Shown here: in pieces, positions 17,378 through 26,797 of the stretch
How the letters are laid out: every line of letters starts with the position of its first letter
Numbering within the stretch: the first letter of the stretch is position 1
Assembly: GCA_964486505.1 (NCBI GenBank)
Contig: CAZAMC010000002.1
Location: forward strand, 129,656 to 193,655
DNA length: 64,000 bases
Direction of reading: 5' to 3'
Source: an uncultured Gammaproteobacteria bacterium
GTDB lineage: Bacteria; Patescibacteriota; Patescibacteriia; PEXW01
Position numbers and translations under genes: made by a program
The notes under the pieces: generated by a model
The model's database searches: none
Told to the model about the DNA's origin: nothing
What the model saw: only the letters and a program-made list of their open reading frames with translations

Positions 17378-19862
17378 ACTTCTTCCCGCGTCTTCGCTTT
17401 TTGGGTCTGCCTTCGCGTTCGGCCATCAACTCCACGGCTTGCTCGATGGTCACTGACTCGGGCGCTGTGCCTTTGGGGAGGGAGGCGTGCGTCTTGCCGT
17501 CAGACACGTAAGGTCCGTATCGTCCATCCAGTACCTTCACCATTTTTCCAGATTTTGGATGAGCGCCAAGTTCTTTCAGCGTCCGGCCACCCGAACGTCG
17601 GCTGGCTTGCTTGGGTTGGGCCAGGAGTTCCAATGCCTTGGCCTCGGTTATTGTCAGCGGCGATTCGCCATCCGGAATGCTACGCGTGTCCACGCCGGCT
17701 TTGATGTACGGTCCAAATTTTCCATTCGCCGCCAAAATGGGTTCGCCCGCCGCGGTCTTGCCAATGGTGCGGGGCAGTGAGAGGAGCTGCAAGGCCTGGT
17801 CGAGCGTCAGGGTGTCGGCAGACATGCCGGTGAGCAAGGAAGCAGACTTCAGTCTCTCGGCTTTCACCCTGCGCTTCTTGGGTTTTGCACTCTCTTCCTC
17901 TTTCTTCTTCTCTCCAAGTTGCACGTACGTGCCAAAGCGGCCGGTCTTCAGGAAGACACCAAGGCCGGTAGTCGGGTCAATGCCCAGGGGCTTGGCTTCG
18001 GGCAAGGGGGCGTGATTGCCGTCGCGGTCGAGGTTGATGGTGTTCTTGCACTCGGGGTAGCCGGTGCAGGCCAGGAATTTCCCGAAACGACCGAATTTTT
18101 CCACCATAGGCTTGCCGCACTTCTCACAAATCTGGTCGGTGGCTTTTTCGGTGATGTCTTTGCGGGAAATTTCGGCATCCTTGGCCACGAGGTTGCTGTG
18201 GAACTTGTTGTAGAAGCTATGCAGCACCGGTTGCCACTTGGCGTTACCTTCGGCAATGTCATCGAACTGCTGCTCCATGTTGGCCGTGAACTTGTAGTCC
18301 ACAATTTCCGGGAAGTGCTTCACCAGCAGGTCAATGACCAAGTAGGCGACCTCCGTGGGTTTCAGGCGTCGTTCGTCGCGTTCCACGTAGCCACGATCAA
18401 TGACGGTAGAAATTGTTGGTGCGTAGGTTGAGGGTCGGCCAATGCCGTATTCTTCCAAGGCCTTCACAATACTGGCATCGGAGTAGCGGGGTGGGGGTTC
18501 AGTGAAGTGCTGCACGCCTTTCACGTCTTTCGCGATCACCGCGTCGCCGGTTTTCAGCGGTGGGAGGAGGTTCTCCTTGGCACCATCTGGGTACACTTTT
18601 AAGAAACCAGGGAATCGAATAGTGGCACCGGTGGCGCGGAAGATGGCATTGTCTACGCTGGCCCCAACGTCCACACTCGTCTGGTCGATTTGCGCTTCGG
18701 GCATCTGCGAGGCTACGGCCCGGTTCCAGATGAGCTCGTAGAGTTTCGCTTGGTCAGGATCTAGGTGGGTCCGGATGCTGTCCGGGGTGAGGGTGACGTC
18801 CGTGGGCCGGATAGCCTCGTGCGCTTCCTGCGCGCCCTTGGCACTGGTCTTGAAGCGGCGGCCGGTGGGCAGGGCGTAGTCCGCGCCAAAGGTTTTCTGC
18901 AAGAATCCGCGTGCCTCGTTAATGAACTTATCCGCGAGGTTCAAGGAGTCTGTACGCATGTAGGTAATCAAGCCAGTTTGGCCTTTACCACCGAGGTGCA
19001 CACCTTCGTAGAGTTGCTGGGCAATGCGCATCGTGCGGTTCGCCGAAAGGCCCAGGCGGCGGTTCGCATCCATTTGCAATGTCGAGGTGGTGAAAGGCGG
19101 CGCGGGGGAGCGCTTGGCAGTTTTGAGTTGGACATCCGAAATAGCGTACGTTGCGTGCTTGAGTTTTTCCAGGAGGGCATCCGCAGCCTCTTTGTCCCCA
19201 ATGGCAAATTTGTCCAAGCTCTTGCCCGCGAGTTTCAGGAGCTTCGCCTCAAATGCATCCTTGCTATGTTCGAAGACGCCTTCGATTGTCCAGTACTCTT
19301 GCGGTTTGAACGCTTGGATCTCACGTTCGCGCTCCACGATGAGCCGCACCGCGACGGACTGCACGCGCCCTGCGGAAAGCCCGCGGCGCACTTTGCGCCA
19401 CAGGAATGGGGAGAGCTCGTACCCCACCAGCCGGTCCAGGATGCGTCGCGCTTGCTGCGCATCGACGCGCTTGATGTCGAGCGGGCGGGGGTTCGCCAAG
19501 GCGTGATCAATGGCCTCCTTGGTAATTTCGTGGAAGACAATGCGCTGCACCTCCGTGTCCGGAATTTTTAGCAGCTCGGCGAGGTGCCAGGAAATCGCCT
19601 CTCCTTCGCGGTCTTCGTCAGTTGCGAAGTACACCTTGCCCGTGGCTTTGGCAAGTTTTTTCAGCTTCGCAACCGTGGCTTTGTCGTCGCTATCAACGAC
19701 GTATTCGGGTTGGAAGTCCTTCTCGGTATCCACGCCCATTTTGCTCTTCGGCAGGTCGCGGATGTGGCCGAACGACGGCTCCACGCTAAAGTCTTTGCCG
19801 AGGAAACGGCTAATGGTTTTGGCTTTGGTAGGGGATTCGACGATGACGAGTGCTTTCGCCAT
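17376..19862 (-). CDS. topA: DNA topoisomerase I
   Basis: MAKALVIVESPTKAKTI...GHIRDLP TOPRIM start, C-terminal zinc-ribbon and lysine-rich repeats. 828 aa. Confidence 0.9.
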   Translation of the reverse strand: MAKALVIVESPTKAKTISRFLGKDFSVEPSFGHIRDLPKSKMGVDTEKDFQPEYVVDSDDKATVAKLKKLAKATGKVYFATDEDREGEAISWHLAELLKIPDTEVQRIVFHEITKEAIDHALANPRPLDIKRVDAQQARRILDRLVGYELSPFLWRKVRRGLSAGRVQSVAVRLIVEREREIQAFKPQEYWTIEGVFEHSKDAFEAKLLKLAGKSLDKFAIGDKEAADALLEKLKHATYAISDVQLKTAKRSPAPPFTTSTLQMDANRRLGLSANRTMRIAQQLYEGVHLGGKGQTGLITYMRTDSLNLADKFINEARGFLQKTFGADYALPTGRRFKTSAKGAQEAHEAIRPTDVTLTPDSIRTHLDPDQAKLYELIWNRAVASQMPEAQIDQTSVDVGASVDNAIFRATGATIRFPGFLKVYPDGAKENLLPPLKTGDAVIAKDVKGVQHFTEPPPRYSDASIVKALEEYGIGRPSTYAPTISTVIDRGYVERDERRLKPTEVAYLVIDLLVKHFPEIVDYKFTANMEQQFDDIAEGNAKWQPVLHSFYNKFHSNLVAKDAEISRKDITEKATDQICEKCGKPMVEKFGRFGKFLACTGYPECKNTINLDRDGNHAPLPEAKPLGIDPTTGLGVFLKTGRFGTYVQLGEKKKEEESAKPKKRRVKAERLKSASLLTGMSADTLTLDQALQLLSLPRTIGKTAAGEPILAANGKFGPYIKAGVDTRSIPDGESPLTITEAKALELLAQPKQASRRSGGRTLKELGAHPKSGKMVKVLDGRYGPYVSDGKTHASLPKGTAPESVTIEQAVELMAEREGRPKKRRRGKK

Positions 19863-19864
19863 GG

Positions 19865-21043
19865 TTAGTTTCGTGTGTAGTGCATGCTACCGACGTGGCG
19901 GACATGGCCTTGTAACTCCAAGACCGCGAGCGTTGCGGTAATCACGCTTGGGTCACAATCGCACAGGCCAGCGAGTTCGTCAACATGCAGAGGATTATTC
20001 GAAAGATGTTGCAAGATGCTTTTCTCCTCCGGCGTGGTGCCAGTGTACGTCACGGGGGGTGCGGTTTCGTCGTGGCGAGGCTGGAGATTAAGGGCGGTCA
20101 GGATATCATGTGCGTCAGCCACAAGCTGCGCACCCAAGCGGATGAACTTGTTCGTGCCGGCGCTGGTTTCCTGGGTAATGTTGCCCGGAACGCAGAAGAC
20201 CTCCCGGTTCTCATCGAGGGCGAGCTTGGCGGTCAGCAAGGCACCCGATTTCTCGCCCGCCTCCACAACCAGCGTGCCGGCACACATACCGGCGACAATG
20301 CGGTTTCGCTGAGGGAAGTTGTAGGGTTGGGGCCCCGTACCCAAAGGAAATTCGCTGATAACCGCCCCACCCTCTTTTACTATGCGTTCAGCTAATCCAG
20401 CGTGTTGGGGCGGGTAGGTTTGGTCTAAGCCCGTGCCAACCACCGCAAAGGTTTGCCCGCCGGCGGCCAGTGCCGCCTCATGCGCCAGGCCATCAATACC
20501 CAGCGCAAGACCCGAGACAATGCCCAGGCCCGCTCGAGCGAGCGGCTCCACTAAACGAGAGGTGGCGACTTGTCCGTAGGGCGTGGCCACGCGCGTACCC
20601 ACCACCGCCATGAGGATGCTGGTGGGGCGGGGTAGAGTCCCTCGGTAGAAGAGCACCGCCGGCGCATTATGTGTCTCGAGCAGTCGTTGGGGGTAGTCGG
20701 CATCAGCGTGCGTCACCATGCGGACGCCCGCTTGCATGAGCCGCTCCCAGTTTTTCTCAGGGGAAATGTTCTGTCGGTTGGCGAGGATTGCATCAATGAC
20801 CTTGCCTTCGCCCAGCGCTGTGCGGAGTTCGCCAATCGGCGCACGCCACGCACTGCTGAGCTCGCCAAAAGCACTTCGGAGGAGCGCGAAACGCTTGGGT
20901 CCCACTTGCGGGACACTTGCCCAGGCGGCCCAGGCAATGCGTTCGCTTTCCGTAAGTAATTGTGTGTCGGCCATCAATGGCCGGTAGGCTAGCACGGGGA
21001 GTACCAGGATTGTCAAACGCTGAGGATTGACAAGGCACTCCAC
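19865..21043 (-). CDS. dprA: DNA processing protein DprA/Smf
   Basis: Rossmann-like DprA core (VVGTRVATPYG...SGLALGIDGLAHEAAL). True start may be internal (MADTQLL..., about 20974). Confidence 0.8.
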   Translation of the reverse strand: MECLVNPQRLTILVLPVLAYRPLMADTQLLTESERIAWAAWASVPQVGPKRFALLRSAFGELSSAWRAPIGELRTALGEGKVIDAILANRQNISPEKNWERLMQAGVRMVTHADADYPQRLLETHNAPAVLFYRGTLPRPTSILMAVVGTRVATPYGQVATSRLVEPLARAGLGIVSGLALGIDGLAHEAALAAGGQTFAVVGTGLDQTYPPQHAGLAERIVKEGGAVISEFPLGTGPQPYNFPQRNRIVAGMCAGTLVVEAGEKSGALLTAKLALDENREVFCVPGNITQETSAGTNKFIRLGAQLVADAHDILTALNLQPRHDETAPPVTYTGTTPEEKSILQHLSNNPLHVDELAGLCDCDPSVITATLAVLELQGHVRHVGSMHYTRN

Positions 21044-21398
21044 ACATGGTAGCTTTCGGCGTTATAACGTAGGCAAAACCAACATTCCATGGAGGTGTTC
21101 CTTGGCGAAGAAAGGCCCCGACCTGCTGTACCCGGTTGGTCTGCGCGGTGATGCCACGGGCGAGGCTGTGCGCGCCACGTGTTGGACCACAGCCAAGAAG
21201 AAACTCGCTCGGTACCAGCGCGCCTTCGGAAGCAACTACTACCTCATGAACGGCGTACCGTACGCCGAAAATGCAGGTAAGTTCCGGGAGGTATTCGCTG
21301 ATACGCCAGCGCTACCTCCGCCCCCGCGGCAGTCGCACAAAAAAGGCGCACTCGAGCGCCACGAGCGCATGATGCGCCAGATGCGCCTCGATGACTAG
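21027..21398 (+). CDS. Possible small basic protein on the opposite strand within the minus-strand block (start uncertain; a TTG with GGAGGT SD at about 21100 is an alternative)
   Basis: ORF only; no homolog recognised. Located in the 370-nt gap between dprA and mfd. Confidence 0.2.
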   Translation: MTRHSTHGSFRRYNVGKTNIPWRCSLAKKGPDLLYPVGLRGDATGEAVRATCWTTAKKKLARYQRAFGSNYYLMNGVPYAENAGKFREVFADTPALPPPPRQSHKKGALERHERMMRQMRLDD

Positions 21399-21416
21399 CT
21401 CTTGCCAGGCAGCCCC

Positions 21417-24400
21417 TTACGCGGCTGCCTGTTTCTTTTTCCTTTTCTTCTTGGGTTTCTCTTCGCTGGGGACGTCTAGCCCTTTCTCGAAAACCGCAAT
21501 AATTTTCTTCAAGGTGGCTAGCCAGTCTTTGCCCAGGTGCGGCTTATCGATTTTGAGTTGATCCGGCGCCAGCTGCCAACCCTCGGCAATATCGAAGAGC
21601 GGCTTAAGCCGGGCCACGTCGATAGGCCGCAGGAAGCGGATGATGAGGCGCTCGTTTGGCCCGAGCCGCACCAGCTGAATGTTGGTAATGTCGGTCTTCT
21701 GCGCCAGGAGCTTGAGCTCCAGAAGTTTGAAGAGGGATTCCAAAGAGGGCGGGGCGACGCGGTCTTTGAGGAGCTGGTCGTGGTAGTGCCAGAGTTCGCC
21801 CGTGCTGGCCATGTTCGCCAAGTCTTGGTAGATGCGGAGGCGGTTGCGCTCATCCGGTTCAAAGTCTTGTGGGATGCCCACAGAGAGCGGGAGGTCGATG
21901 GTGACGTCATGCGTGCTCGGCATCGCCGCCCCGGTTTTGAGCTCGGCAATTTCTTGGGCGAGCAGGCGCGTGTACAACCCCAGCCCGAGAGCGGCCACGT
22001 GCCCATGCTGCTGGTTGCCCAGGATGTTCCCCGTGCCGCGGATTTCCAAATCGCGGAGCGCCACCTGCATGCCCGAGCCTAGGGCCTTGGCTTCTTCCAG
22101 ACCCACGAGGCGCTGCTTCGCATCCCCGGTGAGCTTCTGGCTGTGGTAGAGGAAGTACGCGTAGGCCTGACGGTTGCCGCGGCCAATGCGCCCGCGGAGC
22201 TGGTAGAGCTGCGAGAGGCCGAACTTCGGCGCTTGGTCCACAATGAGGGTGTTCACGTTGGGAAGGTCTAGGCCGTTCTCAATAATCGTGGAGCATACTA
22301 GCAAGTCCAGCTCATAGGCGTCGAACTTGTGCATGACGTCGGCTAAATCGTCTTCGGGCAGCTGGCCGTGCGCCACGCCAATGCGTGCCTTGGGGAAGAG
22401 CTGCTGGAGTTCACGGGCTTTCTCGTGGATGGTTTCGACGTTGTTGTAGAGGTAGTAGGCCTGGCCTTGGCGAGCGAATTCTCGAGTGAGCGCCTCGGTA
22501 ATGAGGTCATCCGAGAAGGGCGCAATGGTCGTTTCAATGGGCTGTCGGCCTTCCGGGGGCGTCTCGATCATGCTCACGTCCCGGAGGTTGGAGAGCACGA
22601 AGTTGAGGGTGCGGGGGATAGGTGTGGCGCTCATGGTGAGGACGTGCGCCTGCAGGCGGAACTGCTTGAGCTTTTCCTTCTGGCTTACGCCGAAGCGCTG
22701 CTCCTCGTCGATGATGATGAGCCCGAGGTGAGGGAAGCGTACGTCGGCGGAAAGGAGGCGGTGCGTGCCAATGACAATCTGCACCTCGCCAGTGCCAATG
22801 AGCCGAATGGTTTCGTCCTGCTCTTTGCTGGATTCGAAGCGCGAGAGCAGGCCAATCTTGGTGCCCGAGCCGGCCAGGCGTTTGATGAACGTGTCGTAGT
22901 GCTGCTGGACCAGGATAGTGGTGGGTGCGAGGACTGCTACTTGGTAGCCATTGGCCACGGCCTTGAACGCCGCGCGAATGGCGACCTCGGTTTTCCCAAA
23001 GCCCACGTCGCCGCACACCAGCCGGTCCATGGGCCGGTCACCCTGTAGGTCGGCAAAAACTTCTTCGATGGCGCGCAGTTGGTCGGGGGTTTCGTCGTAG
23101 GGGAAGGCGTCGGCCAAAGCCCGTTCTTTGTCTGCAATCGCGCCCATGGGCCGCACCCGCACAAGCTCACGGGCGGCGTAGAGTTTCACCAGCTCCTTGG
23201 CCAGCTTCTGGGTATCTTCGCGCACGCGTCGGGTTACTTGGTACCAGCTGCTGCCGTGCAAGCGGTGGAGGGGCGGGTGGCTGACGCCAATGTACTTGGA
23301 GAGTTTCTCGGCCAGTTCTACGGGCACCGAGAGCCGGTCTTTTTCGGCGTACTCCAGCACGAAGTACTCTTTCGCCACACCATTCACCACGTCGGTGCGC
23401 ATACCGCGGTACACGCCAATGCCGTGGTCCAGGTGCACGGCGTAGTCACCGACTTTGAGTTCGGCGAGGAAGGAGGTGTCCAGATTGCGCGAGCGGATGC
23501 TCGGTGCTTCGCGGGGGAAAATTTCTCGGTCGGTGAGCACCAGGAGCTTTGCACGCTCACTCCGGAAGCCCGCCACGGGTTGATTGGGCTCCACGGTCCA
23601 GCATTCGGGCAGCGCAAAGTCATGCTCCTTCGCGAGCGCCGTAAGCTGGTCTGCTCGGGCCGTGAGGATGACCACCCGTCGGTTCTTCTGCTTTGCCCAC
23701 TGCTTGGCGTCAGTAACGAGGCGGGTGTACTGGCCGGCGTACAGGGGCGCCGGCCGAACGTCGAGGTCGATATCGGCCGAACCGCCGCCGAACGTCCGGA
23801 GGTGGAGGGCCGGCAAGCGTTGGAGCATTTTTACGGCCGTCTGCGCATCTTCATCCAGCACGTCGTCAATGTCGGTGAGGACACTGAGGGTTTGCTTGGC
23901 ATCAAGGTAATCACGGAGGTTGGTCTGGTCATCGCGGGCGGGCATGCGGGCCGGCGGGACAACCACGTGGCCGAGTTCGTGGCTCGCTTTGTTTGCATGG
24001 TCTACCTGGTGGAGCGAGTCGATTGTCCGGTCATCAAATTCCACGCGGATGGGCGCGTGTGCCCCCACGGGAAAAATGTCCATTACCCCTCCACGCCGTG
24101 CAAATTCCCCCGGGCCAGCCACCATCGACTCGGCCATGTAGCCGTGCTCAACCAAGTGTCGGGAGAGGTCGGTGGTTGACCCAGCGGCGTGTGGCCGAAG
24201 GTGCAGGATGCCGCTGCGGAAGTGCGTGAGGGTGGGGAGAGGCGTGAGGAGGGTGCGCGCCTGGATGACCAGGGTCATGGGCTGCTGCGTGAGCAGGCCG
24301 GCGAGTACCGGCGGGGTCACTTCGGTTGCAATGGGTTGGCCATCAGCAATGTGGAGGGCATGCAAAGCGGCTACGACGCGGCGTTGGTGGTCTTCATCCT

Positions 24401-24587
24401 CCACCAGCCAGAGCAGTGTACTCCGCGGAGCGACGCGCAGGGCCTCACCCACCAAGGCCACCTGGGCAGTGATCTCCGGAATGCCGGTGGTACGCACAAC
24501 CTTGCCTGCCTGCAGAGCGGTGCGGGTGGCGGGGGTTAGGCTGAGGTGGATGGGGTCTGGGTGTGTGGGCATACAAGGGCTACCCAA
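21417..24587 (-). CDS. mfd: Transcription-repair coupling factor
   Basis: RecG-like SF2 helicase motifs DVGFGKTEVAIRAAFKAV, DEEQRFGV; 1056 aa with UvrB-homology and TRCF domains. Confidence 0.9.
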   Translation of the reverse strand: MGSPCMPTHPDPIHLSLTPATRTALQAGKVVRTTGIPEITAQVALVGEALRVAPRSTLLWLVEDEDHQRRVVAALHALHIADGQPIATEVTPPVLAGLLTQQPMTLVIQARTLLTPLPTLTHFRSGILHLRPHAAGSTTDLSRHLVEHGYMAESMVAGPGEFARRGGVMDIFPVGAHAPIRVEFDDRTIDSLHQVDHANKASHELGHVVVPPARMPARDDQTNLRDYLDAKQTLSVLTDIDDVLDEDAQTAVKMLQRLPALHLRTFGGGSADIDLDVRPAPLYAGQYTRLVTDAKQWAKQKNRRVVILTARADQLTALAKEHDFALPECWTVEPNQPVAGFRSERAKLLVLTDREIFPREAPSIRSRNLDTSFLAELKVGDYAVHLDHGIGVYRGMRTDVVNGVAKEYFVLEYAEKDRLSVPVELAEKLSKYIGVSHPPLHRLHGSSWYQVTRRVREDTQKLAKELVKLYAARELVRVRPMGAIADKERALADAFPYDETPDQLRAIEEVFADLQGDRPMDRLVCGDVGFGKTEVAIRAAFKAVANGYQVAVLAPTTILVQQHYDTFIKRLAGSGTKIGLLSRFESSKEQDETIRLIGTGEVQIVIGTHRLLSADVRFPHLGLIIIDEEQRFGVSQKEKLKQFRLQAHVLTMSATPIPRTLNFVLSNLRDVSMIETPPEGRQPIETTIAPFSDDLITEALTREFARQGQAYYLYNNVETIHEKARELQQLFPKARIGVAHGQLPEDDLADVMHKFDAYELDLLVCSTIIENGLDLPNVNTLIVDQAPKFGLSQLYQLRGRIGRGNRQAYAYFLYHSQKLTGDAKQRLVGLEEAKALGSGMQVALRDLEIRGTGNILGNQQHGHVAALGLGLYTRLLAQEIAELKTGAAMPSTHDVTIDLPLSVGIPQDFEPDERNRLRIYQDLANMASTGELWHYHDQLLKDRVAPPSLESLFKLLELKLLAQKTDITNIQLVRLGPNERLIIRFLRPIDVARLKPLFDIAEGWQLAPDQLKIDKPHLGKDWLATLKKIIAVFEKGLDVPSEEKPKKKRKKKQAAA

Positions 24588-24789
24588 AGGTTGGGTAAGG
24601 CTTGACAGGGCTTCAGGTGGGTGCTAGGGTGATGGGCTCTTAAAGTTTTGGAGTACGTTGGTATCCCGCGTCCACGAGCAAGCATGGGGTTACCCCTCCT
24701 AATACCTTCATGCTTACTCACGCGAGCGTCTCGGTCTCCGATGATGTTCTGCACGTGGACGTGGGGTACCAGTGTGCTCGCCCCGTGGC

Positions 24790-25443
24790 CTATGGCGACG
24801 GGCTTTTTTTTGGCGCCGCGTTAAACTGGTTTGCGGCCACGGTGGGGGACTGCTGGAGGGCAAGCATCAGGGCGTCGGCAACCCGCTGGATGATGGTCGG
24901 CAGGTCGGCAGTCTGCATGGGGTCGAAGTCAGCGAGGACGTATTCCGCGGTGTCGTACTTGGCCATGGCCCACTCTCGGGAATCCACGCGGCCGTCGGCG
25001 TTTGCATCCATGAGGCGCGGTCGGCCAATGCCTACGCGGAAGCGCCAGAAACTCTGGGTGTGGAGGTCACGAATGATAGAGCGGATGCCATTGTGGCCAC
25101 CATCTGAAAGGTTCTGGTGGATGCGAACTTCGCCAAAGGGAATGTCCATGTCGTCGTGCACGATCCAGGTTTGTTCCACGGGAATGCTGTAGAATCGGCT
25201 CACCGCCGATACCGACTCGCCCGATTCGTTCATGAACGTTGAGGGTTTGCAGAGCCACGCTCGCGGGGCTTGGGTTTTTGCGGTGAGCATGCTCTGGAGC
25301 CGTCGGTTCTCGGCAAACGGGGGGAGCTGCCAAGCCGCAACCAGCGCATCCAGAACCCGGAAACCAAAATTGTGCCGGTTGTTGGCGTACTGCTCGCCGG
25401 GATTGCCAAGGCCGACGATGAGGGTCGTGGTTGGGGTGGTCAT
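24790..25443 (-). CDS. pth: Peptidyl-tRNA hydrolase
   Basis: LIVGLGNPGEQYANNRHNFGF signature. Confidence 0.9.
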   Translation of the reverse strand: MTTPTTTLIVGLGNPGEQYANNRHNFGFRVLDALVAAWQLPPFAENRRLQSMLTAKTQAPRAWLCKPSTFMNESGESVSAVSRFYSIPVEQTWIVHDDMDIPFGEVRIHQNLSDGGHNGIRSIIRDLHTQSFWRFRVGIGRPRLMDANADGRVDSREWAMAKYDTAEYVLADFDPMQTADLPTIIQRVADALMLALQQSPTVAANQFNAAPKKSPSP

Positions 25444-26789
25444 ACGGATTTTGCGAAAGGTTGCTGGATGCGAACGCGGATAGGTGTGCCGGTGAAGGGC
25501 ACGGTGGCACGCAAGGCTTTCTCAACCACGCGGGCGTACGATGCGGGCAGCGCCTCGCGTTTGTCGGTGCGGAGGGTAAAGGTTGGGGGTGTGGTGCCGG
25601 TTTGCGTGAGGTAACTGGTGATGCGCTTTCGTCCGCCCTTCCTCGGTGAGTTGAGTTTCTGGCCTGGCTTCAGGGCCAGCGCTCGGTGCTGTACCTGGTC
25701 TAGCACTGCTTGCGGAATGGTACGTTCGCGCTCACGGCCAATGGCCAGCGCGGTTTCCAAGATGCGGTGGATGTGGAGTTTGCTAGGCGCTGCGGTAACA
25801 ATGTGCGGGGCCCAGGTGATGAACGGAAGTGAGCGCCGGAACTCGCGTTCGGTACCGAGCATGGTTGTGGGAGTTTTTTTGGGGACGCGGTCCCACTGGT
25901 TGCCAACGATGAGGAGGCCTTTCCCGTCCTCAACCACGTCGCCTGCGAGCGCTTTCTCTACCAGGCCCACGCCCTCGGGGACGCTGTAGACCAACACGGC
26001 AACGTCGGCATCGCGGAGCGCATCGCGGGTGTGGTGCAAACTCAGAGCTTCCACGCGCGAACCAGTTTTTCCACGGGCGCGGACGCCCGCGGTGTCCACG
26101 AGCGTGAGCGGTGTACCGTGGTAGGTGATATCAAAGGCGGCGGCGTCGCGGGTGGTGTGGGGCTGGCTCGAGACAACGCGCACGTCGTCGTGGAGCAGGG
26201 CATTCGTCAGTGCGGACTTCCCCACATTCGTCCGGCCAATGAGCACCACGCGGAGCTTCCGCGTCCGTTGGCTTTCCGGCATGCGCGTGCCTACCGCGCG
26301 CGCGATAGCATCCAGCACATCGCCGGAACCGCCGCCATTCTTGGCCGAAACCCCAATGACGGGAACTTTGCCGTGGGCGTAACCTGCCAGCGTATTGCTG
26401 GATTGGCGGTCAGCCGGGGAGTCGATTTTATTCACCGCGATGATTGCGGGTATGCCCGCGGCCTGCAGGCGTGCCAGTTCCTGGCGTTCTTCTTTGCGCA
26501 GTCCAATGGGGTGTTCCACGACCAGTACTACGACGGCGGCGTGGGCGAGCTCCCGTCGGACCATGCGCAGGACATTTGCGTGCAGATTATCGGGGCGGTC
26601 AATGTCAAAGCCGCCGCTGTCGATGAGGGTGAAATTACTGCCGCCCCACGCCACGGTCCGGCGCTGCAGGTCACGCGTGGTGTGGGGCTGGGCGTCGGCG
26701 ATAGCAAAGCGGCCGCCGACGAGGCGGTTGAACAATGAAGATTTTCCGACATTCGTCCGCCCGAGGAGGAGGACGGCAGGGAGAGCCAT
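25440..26789 (-). CDS. der: Ribosome-associated GTPase Der/EngA (two tandem GTPase domains + KH-like)
   Basis: Two P-loops GRTNVGKSSLFN and GRTNVGKSALTN. Confidence 0.9.
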   Translation of the reverse strand: MALPAVLLLGRTNVGKSSLFNRLVGGRFAIADAQPHTTRDLQRRTVAWGGSNFTLIDSGGFDIDRPDNLHANVLRMVRRELAHAAVVVLVVEHPIGLRKEERQELARLQAAGIPAIIAVNKIDSPADRQSSNTLAGYAHGKVPVIGVSAKNGGGSGDVLDAIARAVGTRMPESQRTRKLRVVLIGRTNVGKSALTNALLHDDVRVVSSQPHTTRDAAAFDITYHGTPLTLVDTAGVRARGKTGSRVEALSLHHTRDALRDADVAVLVYSVPEGVGLVEKALAGDVVEDGKGLLIVGNQWDRVPKKTPTTMLGTEREFRRSLPFITWAPHIVTAAPSKLHIHRILETALAIGRERERTIPQAVLDQVQHRALALKPGQKLNSPRKGGRKRITSYLTQTGTTPPTFTLRTDKREALPASYARVVEKALRATVPFTGTPIRVRIQQPFAKSV

Positions 26790-26797
26790 ACGACCGG

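Noticed and set aside
24801-24815. Hairpin plus T8 run that looks like a plus-strand intrinsic terminator
   Set aside because: The T-run is the minus-strand codons AAA AAA (Lys-Lys) in the C-terminus of pth (…AAPKKSPSP*), and no plus-strand gene ends there.
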